Source of the DNA: Zygnema circumcarinatum SAG 698-1b
Taxonomy: Eukaryota > Plantae > Zygnematophyceae
Length of the DNA stretch: 64,000 nucleotides
Assembly (NCBI GenBank): GCA_037447605.1
Contig: CM074805.1
Coordinates: 1,583,361 to 1,647,360 of the forward strand
Direction: 5' to 3'
Position numbers and translations under genes: made by a program
Notes under the pieces: generated by a model
What the model saw: the letters and a program-made list of their open reading frames with translations, nothing else
Told to the model about the DNA's origin: nothing
Database searches by the model: none
Shown here: piece after piece, positions 54,701 to 64,000 of the stretch
How the letters are laid out: the number at the start of each line of letters is the position of its first letter
How positions within the stretch are numbered: the first letter of the stretch is position 1

Positions 54701-54722
54701 CGCGCCGCTGCACCGCTGCTGA
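45792..54722 (+). CDS. FTSH12: Chloroplast ATP-dependent zinc metalloprotease FtsH12
   Basis: Exon 1 45792-45854, then transit-like exons. FWLAKRWWKYRPSMPY, IPIDPYLYQQL, Walker A GPPGTGKT, Walker B FVFIDEID, DRFSLRQAVVLIAATNRP, LVFRTLGFSGADIRNLVNE, HEAGH zinc site, FDWHAFSHILPGG, YLKMQMVVAQGGRCAER. Last exon ends ...ELEIYPAPLHRC* (TGA 54720-54722). Confidence 0.95.
46085..46640 (+). repeat. G/A-rich low-complexity tract in FtsH12 intron 1, with a 10-N gap
   Basis: Almost purely purine on the sense strand; a poly-G run abuts the N gap at 46239-46248. Confidence 0.9.
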
Positions 54723-55120
54723 GATGAGAGGGAGGGAGAGAGAGAGGGAGGGAGGGAGGGAGGGAGGGAGGGAGGGAGGGAGGGCGCAGGAGGGAGAGCT
54801 CTAGTGGGGCGGCAGGTGTCTGAAGCCATAGAGGAAAAAGCATCTGAGCCAAACGGATATGTCAATGTGTTCAAAAAGGGAAGGGCGAATTGCCTCTATC
54901 TGCGGTTCCATTCATGGCCGTTGCTGTGCTTTGGTGATATCATGCATGCATGCATGCTAACCGGCTTGCGTGATGACCCGAACATACAAATGGCAATTCA
55001 TTCACGAGTAAGCAGTGGAGTAGGCAACTTCCTCAACCGCTCCCAATGTTGTAAAACAAGCCTAACCGTTGCTTCCTTCTCGAGATGCGCCTCATCGCCC
55101 GGGCCCCTGCCAGCGAATAA

Positions 55121-55428
55121 AGGGTTAGGGTTAGGGTTAGAATTCGGGTCAGGGTAAGAATTAGGATTAGGGTTAGAATTAGGATTAGGGTTAGAATCAG
55201 GATTAGGGTTAGAATTAGGGTAGGGTTAGGTTTAGAAGTAAGATTAGGATTAGGGATAGAATTAGGGCTTAGGTGATTTCGGGTTAGGGTTAGAATTTGC
55301 TTTTTGGTTTAGAACTAAGGTTAGGGTTAGAATTAGGGTTAGGGGTAAGAATCAGGGTTAGGTTAGAATACGGGTTAGGGTTATAAATAGGGTTAGGATT
55401 AGGATTAGGGTTAGGGTTAAGGTTAGGG
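55121..55428 (+). repeat. Interstitial telomeric array with an 18-bp higher-order unit
   Basis: TTAGGG units interleaved with TTAGAA/TTAGGA; GGGTTAGAATTAGGATTA recurs around 55151-55220. Confidence 0.9.
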
Positions 55429-58352
55429 CAGTCGGCCGCTCGGTCTGTCGGTCGGTCCGCACTTCCAGCCTGAGTCCCCTGACCCACCCGGGGCCGCCGT
55501 ACAACCACGGCGAGGGACTTCCATATGAAGAAGCAAGGCTTCAGCAGCCAATCAGGAGCCGCCGCTCACTTGGCGAAGTTTTCGGGCAGTAGAGGTCGGT
55601 CTACGGTTTTGGCGATTGGGCGATAGGGCTTTGGGAAACGCACGTATATCTCGATATTACCGGCGTATTGGCTGCGATGGACGGAAGATACCGCCGGCCG
55701 GCTTTCCGGCCGTCGGCCGCATGACGTAGTCAGTGTACGAAATCGTACGGAATCGCACAAAACTGCGAGAATGGCTAGGGTCCACAGGGAGGCGCTTTTT
55801 TGTGAAATTTGAATGGAGCCGGCGGTGGAGGGAAAAGGCCCAGGTTTGATTTTTTTTTGCGTTTCAACTAAATTTCTAGATTTCTAAATTTCCAGTTCCT
55901 CGTAGTTCCCATCATGATTTTTCCATGTACATTTGATGGTATCGCCATCATGAAATCGATCTACGCCACAATTTCTGCTTGAAGGGCACCGACAGAACCA
56001 AATGGACGATAAGAACGGGAAAGTGGTTCAGCTGCTCGACTGTGACCAATACAACAGAAGTGAAGAAGCATTATTGCGAACTTGCAATTCTCCATGGCCA
56101 AAGTTATTGACAAGCATGTCAGCAACATAAACATGATTGCCCTCATACATTTATGCTCAAAGTGGCTTACCATGCGGTGATGGCACGCGGCCAGGCTCCC
56201 TGCGGTGCATAATGCGCAGAGCATCTCCGCTTCGCGACAGGACGGGAACCGGAGCCGGCCGGACGGGTTACCTCCCTCAGGCTGTGGCGTGGCCCTTGGC
56301 GCTGGGCAGCACCCGGCTGTTGCAGAAGGAGGTGGGCCGGATAGCACGTACGCGATGGCGGCTGCAGGGGGAGATTCAGAGTGTGCTGCGCATTCACTGG
56401 CATGTGTGAGGGCGCCAAACGTGCGACCATACCGAGGCAGAGTTGGTCGTGTGGGCATCTCGCAATAGGGCAGGGCGTGACAGACTTCAAAAACGCCCGT
56501 ATGCGTGTTCTAAGTTTGACACCAGAACGAGTACTCTGAGGACGTCACGATCCGCCTGCTGAGTCACAAGAAGCCCTCTCCCGATTCTCCTCCCGTTTGC
56601 GCTCTCCCTCTCCCCCCCACAACCTCTTTCTCTCCCTTTCCTCTCCCTTTCCCTCCCTCCTCCCTCCTCCCTCTCCTCCCCCTCCTCCCTCCCGCTCTGT
56701 CTGCCTAACTAATCGCCGCCGCAAGGGGAGCTTTTCCTTCGTTCCGACGTCGCCGACACGTGCGCGTGCCAGGGCACGCTGCCCAGGGCTGCCAGCTGTC
56801 CCGCTGTTCCATGCCTCCCTCCGCGTCGTCCGTGCTGCGGCACAGCGCGCGCAGACCGCCCGGCGGCGGCGCGTTCCATGTCGTGGCCTCCGTGCGCAGG
56901 AACGGACGCAGCCGAGCGATTTCCGGGATCGTTTGGGACACGTGGACACGAGCCAACGTGCGCTGCGACCCCGCCCTTACGGCCCTCCGAGGGCCGCCGA
57001 CCTGCCCGCAAACGGACGCTGCTGCCCGCCCGCGGTCTTTCGTACGAATAACGTACGGCCTGATCCCGCCTTGCCGCGCTGGCGCTGACGCTGCGATGGC
57101 GCGAGGAAAGCCGGCGAGCGCCGCGAAGTCGACCGCGCGTGCGAAGTGGAGACCGGCCCTGATTGGCCATCGGGGGCAGGCCCTCCGCCAATGGGAGCAG
57201 CCGCTGCTCGCCGATGGCGGTCCGAGGTGACGGCGGCCTCGGCTACCGGTCGGCGTCGAAGCTTCCCCAGAAAGGACAAACCAGCACGACAGGCGGGCGG
57301 CCGCCCGAGTCGGATTCGGAGGATCTCGCGGATCTGACGGATCTGGAGCGGCCCGGGCCCGCTCGCGCGGCGCCGCACTGTTTGACCGACCGACAGACCG
57401 ACTGCGCGGCGCCCGCGGTACGGACGGCGGTCGCATTGCGGGGACGCACGCGGCGCGTCGTACGGCTACGAGGCGGGCGCTGCGAGGGAGGCCCCGCCTC
57501 GCCCCGCCTGCACGCCGCCTCCCGGCTGCTCACTCGCCCCCAGCCCGTCCCTTCGCCCCTTCCCTCGAATCCCTTCCCCGTCCTTTCCCCCTCCCGGCCA
57601 GCTGTAAAAGTCTATTCGAAAGCCACGTTACCAGACAGACGTGTTCGCGGGGCGAGGGAGCCCACGGCGCGGGGCATGCGAGGCGGGCGGGCGGCCGCTT
57701 TCATGGCGGCGGGCAGCCTGCGCTCGGTCGATCGCTCGGTCGGATGCGATCGCAGCGCGCATGCGCCGGCAAGTGTCGCGGCCCCTCCCTCCCTCCCTCC
57801 CTTTATGACGACCCGGACAGCGCCGCCGCCACGTGGCGCAAGAGTCCAAGCAGCTTCAAAAAAATATGTGCCGCGCGGCGGCGGGGGTCGGCCACGTCGC
57901 GGGCAGAGCTTGTTCGTACGAAAGCCGCGCCTTTCGGAGACTGTTCGCCGTACGCACGTCGTGGGTGACGCGCGCAGCCACCACGTCACTGCCGACCGCC
58001 CTCAATGCGAGATCAGATTCGATCTGATTTGATTCGATCCGGTCCACCAGATCGCGATCTGGCCCATGTGCTGCCGCCCGCGCGGGGACCGGCGGGGAAG
58101 TCGCGGATCGCGCCGCTGCGGGGCCCAGCATGGAACGGGCACTTCCATGATGGCATTACAGTTGCTGCAGCGCGTCGGCGTGGATGCCGGCTGTAGCGGC
58201 CCCCGGCGGCGGCCGACGACCTAAGCGCGGCTGTAGCGCGACGCCCGCCTTAGTCCGCTGTCTGGTGACCGGCGGCCGACCGCTACACGACGGGCGGGCG
58301 ACGGAAGCACGCGGAAGCCGGCGCGGGGTGGCGGCGATTCGTCCATCAATCC

Positions 58353-60719
58353 ATGGCGGGGCTGCGCAGAGGGGACCGCCATGGCGGCTCGGGCTGGAGC
58401 GCGGGAATGCGGACAGCAGTTTGGGACGAGGGCGAGGAGGAGGAGGAGGAGAAGGAGGAGGAGGAGGCGAAGCGGCGGCGCAGGGGCGCTGCGGGCGCGG
58501 CCACGAGGCGGACGGGGGAGGCGGAGCGCGGGGCGGGTGGAGGACCGCCGCGCGGGAGAGCTGCAGAAGGGACGTCCGGAGCTTGCCACGTGTCGGCCAC
58601 GACGTCGCTCATACCGCCTTCCGGGGCCCTCACGGGGGGGGACGGGGAAGGTGAGGTGATGGGATGGGGGCCATGCCCTCGCGCGGGTTAGAACGAGCGT
58701 CCTTGCTATGTCCAGTGCTGAGGGCGGTGGGGGGCTTTCTTGGAGCACGAGTGTCGCCAATACATGCTGTGAAATTGTGTCCGTGCGAAACATGAGATGT
58801 AGGAGTAAGAAAAGCCATTCGCTTGAGCTCTCGGTTTTAACCATATCGCGTACGCCGTTACCATCATCATTGTGATGAGTTTTTTGAAAAAACGACTCAT
58901 CAGAATGGTTGTTCTCAACAAGCTTTGATGGAAGCAATTTGTCTCAACATACAGCATGCGTAAAAGTACGAACTACATGAAGAAGCACTTCAGTCAAGTA
59001 AAGTTACAGATGTCGAGTGGCTGTCCTTGCAAGAAAGAAGGAAACAATGAGCGTCAATTAACAACTATAGAAACACAAATGATGCTGTTCTTGTACATAA
59101 GAAGTGAAGCAGCCATTGCTGCTTCCAGGTGCAACCTCAGACGGAGAATGTGTGAGTGGCTGGCACCGTGACATCAGTCAAGCGATCGTCGTGACAGACA
59201 TGACCGGCTGCATCACGCACTGGTGAGCTGTCAGACACCCTCCCCCCTCGCCCCTCGCCATCATCTCGTGATGTGTTCATAACTAATGGTTCCAATGTGG
59301 TCCAATACTTTCTGAAGCGGATCATCTGCCCTCCCCTTCATTCTGGATGATTTCACATGTACGTTTGATCCATGTATGCCTCTGACTACCGTGCACAACA
59401 CGCAAACATTGAAGGTGATCTCGGAAGAAACCCATGTTCCTCACTCTCCGCATCGCTTTCTTCTCTCTTAGGAACGAGGCAGCTTCGCAGCTCTTCGGTT
59501 GGCCGCCAGAAGGAGCGATTGGGAAGTACCGCTCAAACTTGATACCGGCCCTGCACGCGGACTTGGAGGAGGAGAGGGCCATGGAGGTCTTTGAGCATCT
59601 CCGGCGGGGCCGCCCCTGGGCGGGGGAGTACTCCGTACACTCCCGCCACCGCGGGAACATTCAGGTCATGGTGAGCCCTCCCTCCCTCCCTCCCTCCCTC
59701 CCTCCCTCCCNNNNNNNNNNCCTCCCTCCCTCCCTCCGCTTTGGGGCCTCCTCGTCCTCCCGCTGAAGGGAAGGCAGAGGGAGACTCGCACCGAGAAGAC
59801 TTCTACTCACAACTATGGCGGAGGGAGGGGGGGGAGGGCAGGGGACGGACATGCCTCTGCTCGACAGCAGGGGGGCGCTGGTGGGCATTGCGGAGGCTCT
59901 GTGTGACGTCTCAGCAGGAAGGGTGCTCGAGGAGAAGATTGAATCGCTCAATAGCCAAATACGGCAGATCACGGGGGTGCGTAGCATGGCATGTAGGACT
60001 GCATAATCTGCGGCATTTGAAGTGGCTGGAAGCGCACACATTGCAGACCATGATCGTGGACTGTGGTGGCAGCGGAAAAGCATTGATTCAGATTCAACTG
60101 CATGGTAGAATGTAAAATGTTCATCAAAGAGAAGAAACTGTTGTCTAAGGGCAAGATGGCAACTGTGGGGGAACAGGAATTGTTGGCGGTCTGCCAGAAA
60201 GCTAATCGCACGGGAACTCGTATTGCTTTAGAAATTATGGAGTCTTCTTTCTCCACGAGGGAAAGGATAAAATCGGTCTTGGCATGGGATAGAAGAGAGC
60301 AGATGAAGGTACGCATGGAGCTTTGAGAATTGTTCCCGATGCTTCCTTTGCTTTCGCCAGTCGTCATCCACCCGTCGGCCTCTTGAGAGCTCCCACCATC
60401 GTTGAAATCAGCATACTTTCTTAGTTTTTCGTTGCAGTCAAATCCTACATGATTTCAGCCTTCAAAAATCTGTCTCAATCCCATACCTTTTCCTCATGCT
60501 TTCTTTCATCCACCCTTGTACCTTCACCTTCATTACCCCTCCTTCCACTCTCCTCCAGTTGCCGCACTCTCTCCACTCCTGTCTCCTCCTCCCTTGCTCA
60601 TCTCCCTAGCGCACAACCTGCCTTCACATGTATCTCATGTGAGTAATGTATCACTTCAGATGATTGCCGTCGAGTATCACAACTCCACGACACGGAGTGC
60701 CTTGAGATTCTATCCATAA
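58353..60719 (+). CDS. PAS-domain protein with acidic/basic N-terminus and short coiled-coil C-terminus (~314 aa model; 3' end uncertain)
   Basis: Exons 58353-58650, 59129-59222, 59472-59670, 59842-59976, 60150-60308, 60660-60719 are phase-consistent. PAS core: AIVVTDMTGCITHW/NEAASQLFGWPPEGAIGK...GRPWAGEYSVHSRHRGNIQVM/GTDMPLLDSRGALVGIAEALCDVS. Confidence 0.72.
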
Positions 60720-60989
60720 TTGTAAGAATGAAGCTGTGCGAACGAGTTGCACATTTGGAATTTGTCAACTGACAAGGCCAAGTCGCTTTCACCACATCCA
60801 GGTGCTGCATCATGCTCAGTTGGCCGTACTCCTCGACAGCAGATGGGAATTCGACCAGATACGTTTTAGAAGAGAAGGAAGTGAGAGTTCCGCCACTGAT
60901 GCAGGTAAAGTCCATGCACGAATGTGTGATGCGCGACTCTCTTTTTGAGCTGTTATTTGGTGTAAGGATATCATGGTGTTCATACTTGT

Positions 60990-62000
60990 CTTGAAGGGAG
61001 GACGTAGGTAGAGTTGTGTAGCAGAGACGATGTGTGTGGAGGGATGAGGAAAAGGTGGGACGATGACGTCTCAGAAACGAGGAAAGGGTGGCTTATGAAT
61101 AGGGGATAAAGGGTTGGGGGGTGTTGGGTAGAGGGAATGGCCAAGTGTACAAGCGGAAGGATGGAGGGAGAAAGAGGGAGAGTGAGAGAGAGAGAAAGAG
61201 AGAGCGAGTTTGACAGGGAGAGAGGAGGGGAAGGGGGAGGAGGCAGGGAGAGGGATCGGGAGAGGAGGAAGGAAAGGGGAGAGGGAAGAGGAGAGAGGGG
61301 AGCGGGGCGAGGGTCACGGGGAGAGGGAAGAGGGGAATGGGGAGAGCGTGGAGGGGGGCAGGAGAAGGGGAGAGGGGAGCGGGAGGGAGAGGGGGGAGGG
61401 GAGAGGGTGAGGCGGAAGAGGGCAGGGCTGTAGGGGTAAAGGTGAAATGGGAGGGAAAGGGGGAGGAGGAGGAGGAGAGAGGTGGGCAAGGGCGAGGCCG
61501 AGGGCGGGGGCGAGGGGCAGGGGGAGGGGGAGGGCGAGGGGGAAGAGGGGAGAGAAGAGAAGGGAGTGGGGAAGGGAAGAGGCGGGTGGAAAGCGGGAAG
61601 TTTGAAAGGAAGAGGGGAGTGCGGAGAGGAGGGAGGAGGGAGAGGGGAGGGGGGACGGGGAAGAAGGAGAAGGGGGAGGGAGGGGGAAGAGGGAGAGGGA
61701 GAGGAGGGAGGGAGAGGGAAGAGGGAGAGGGAGATGGGGGAAGGCCAGGGCGAGGGGGGGGGAAGGGCGATGTGGGAACGCGAGGGCAAGATGGAGGGGG
61801 GGGTTGTGGGGGGGATGGGGGAGCGGGGGGAAGGAGGGGGAGGGGGAGGAGGAAGAGGAAGAGGACGAGGGTAGAGGAGAGGAGAGAGGAGGAGGAGGAG
61901 GAGAGGGGAGAGATGGGGGGAGGAGGGGTGACGGAGGAGGGGGAGCGGGAAGGCGAAGTGGGCGAAGGGGGAGGGAAGAAAAATGAGGNNNNNNNNNNGA
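60990..62000 (+). repeat. ~1-kb G/A-rich low-complexity tract with a 10-N gap
   Basis: Dense GGG runs and an almost purely purine composition; N gap at 61989-61998. Confidence 0.9.
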
Positions 62001-63419
62001 GAGGTAATGGTGAGGAACCTAAGTATACGTGTGACGTAGAGGAAAACACAATCTAGAAAAGGACAAACGATTGCTACAGGAAATTAGGAAAGAGTGGATG
62101 GCAATTAAGTTTTGCTAGTTGGTAATATTTGCGCTTGAAGATGGATCCCAGGTGATTTTGAACAGATATAATGATAAGACAATATTAGAGGAGGTTCGAT
62201 TGAAAAAACATTAAGTCAGGGAACGAGCGTGGATGTTGAAATGAGTGACAGGGGCACAGACGAGATGCAGGCATGCATGTTAGTGAGCGGAAGAAAGGAA
62301 ACGAAGGGACACGAAAATTAAAAATAGCGAAGGAGATAGCAATAGTGAAATACGTGGAAGTAGTTTGAGTGGGGATGAAAAGGAGTCTATGCCCAATGGA
62401 AAGTCACTGAGATGTAGTAGAAGTTAATGGAAGGTGGAGAAATCGGGAGCAGCAGATGGCGTGGGAGAGGGCTGCAGACGGGAGGGGAGAGTAGGAGAGG
62501 GGAGGAGGAGAGGGGAGGGACATCAGTTGTATATCAAGACAGGAGAATAGCGGAAGAAATTGGCGGTATTAATGGTGAAGCAAATGAGAGGGATGTACGC
62601 GACATTGGCTGACACGGGGACGGCCAAAAAGGGAGAGGGGGAGGGAACAGAAAAGAAAAGTAGATGCTAAGGGGAATGATAGTGGAGGCCTCCGATGTGG
62701 TAGTGGACGTGCATTTTCTAATCCTGGAGCACTTCATTTTTATTTTTTAAGTTAGCTTTTGTCTCACATTCCATAAAGATAATGTTTGAGAACGCTGATC
62801 GTCTGCTTGCTCCTATGTGGTAAGAGGACAGGTCTCTCCAGAGGACCGACCCCCGATTCTAGAACGTGATTTATGTTCATCCCCCGGTGCTTCATCGCAG
62901 CTTTTCGGTCGTTGAAGCTGATTCAATGGCAACTGCTCCACATTCATTATTCTATGCCTTCCATTGAAGGGTTTTTCGACCAAAATAGAAATTTGATTTT
63001 ATTTGTACATGTTGAATTAATAACTCTACTTTTTATGTTTAGATTAAAAGGCTTTGTTCGAAAAGGCTTCAACGGTGGTAGTCGAAGGGAGGGCGGGACG
63101 GATAACTAATTCAGCATGAGCGCCTGCCTTGCGGACCAATTTCCATAAAGGAAAACGCATCACGTTTCTGTCTTTTTTCTGCATGTGTGTTGGTTCCTAA
63201 TCGTTCCCACTCTCTCTAGGCGGGTCACTCGATGTGCTCGAGCTGCATGCATGCATGCGTCCTCGGGTGTGCGCTGCCCTTCCTTCCTCTTTCCCTCCCT
63301 CCCTCCCTCCCTCCCTCCCTCCCTCCCTCCCCTCGCCGCTCCCCGCCGCGTGCTGCATTGGAGGGCGAGGCCCGCCGGCCACTGTCCCAGGGCTCGGCGC
63401 GCAGCGGGGCAGGGCTGAT

Positions 63420-63600
63420 CCGTACGTTTGCGATGCGACCCAATACGTAATTCTGAGATACGATATAATGCGATACGACGAGATATTGTCCGGGTAGTTT
63501 CTTTTCATATCGTATCGTCTTCTCGATACGGGTGTGGTATGCGTTGTGCTGCCGGCTGATGACGTCACGCCGCGTGGGGGGTGCCGTATGAGTAGGGATA
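63420..63600. repeat. CGATA/CGTAC-rich degenerate array next to a GC-rich island
   Basis: gatacgatataatgcgatacgacgagatat...catatcgtatcgtc...gatacgg; resembles 1720-1930. Confidence 0.5.
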
Positions 63601-64000
63601 GCAATAATAATTAGGAAAATGCTATATTCACACCTTTTTTGTCTACACAGACCTTTTTCCGCCGGGCAGATTTTAAAATAGACAAAAAAGGATTAAAATG
63701 ATGGATGAGGATGCTTTTAACACACCTCTTTGGAATCGATACACACCTTGTTTCGGCGGGCAGATTTTATTTCACAATCTGCCCGTAGGCTGAAGATCCA
63801 TCCGCCACGAGATCGTTCGCGGGTGTCCGTCCTTCTCACGTGCATTCAATGTCCGCCGTCGATTCCTTCGCAGAGCACACCACGGCAGATCACCGTTCGA
63901 TCTGCAGACGGGCTGGGTCCCAGCGAATGGCACGCGCCCACGTGTCCAACCCAAGCCGGCACAAAACCCGTACAAAAGTGGTACGGTCGCAGCTTCGAGG

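Noticed and set aside
60980-62056. Long Pro/Ser/Leu- and Gly/Glu/Arg-rich ORFs of 240-320 aa; also 45985-46842 and 30861-31638
   Set aside because: Translations of purine/pyrimidine tracts, several crossing N gaps.
62778-62819. Possible further PAS-gene exon IMFENADRLLAPMW before a GTAAG donor
   Set aside because: Cannot be joined to the model without passing the stop at 60719; needs cDNA.
63610-63800. TTAGGAAAATGCTA start and repeated CGGGCAGATTTTA, possibly a MITE left end
   Set aside because: No matching right terminus within the window.

Overview
Eukaryotic, intron-rich nuclear DNA from a green plant lineage. Gene content, GC-rich CGTACG-laden promoter islands, (TTAGGG)n arrays and long GA/CT tracts suggest a streptophyte alga such as a Zygnematophyceae; this is an inference. 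Hand-spliced models support 11 protein-coding genes: polyQ TAF12 (+), a single-domain WRKY (+), an RWP-RK/RKD factor (-), ELF4-like (+), UBA5 (-), a bacterial-type alpha/beta hydrolase (-) head-to-head with a PHT1 phosphate transporter (+), a secreted CHRD-like protein (-), plastid MSL2/3 (-) head-to-head with FtsH12 (+), and a PAS-domain protein with no visible output domain (+). Non-genic features are a frameshifted DNA-transposase remnant, three MITE-like elements, three interstitial TTAGGG arrays, two copies of a CAACCATTG/CAATGGTTG palindromic repeat family, and purine/pyrimidine tracts containing 10-N gaps. The strongest candidate for a new system is the ~320-bp divergent promoter between the hydrolase and PHT1, which holds a perfect P1BS (GCATATGC). 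Also notable are a WRKY zinc finger with group-III spacing but C2H2 ligands, and the degenerate CHRD-like secreted protein. Exon boundaries were read by eye, and homology calls come from recalled family motifs rather than database searches.
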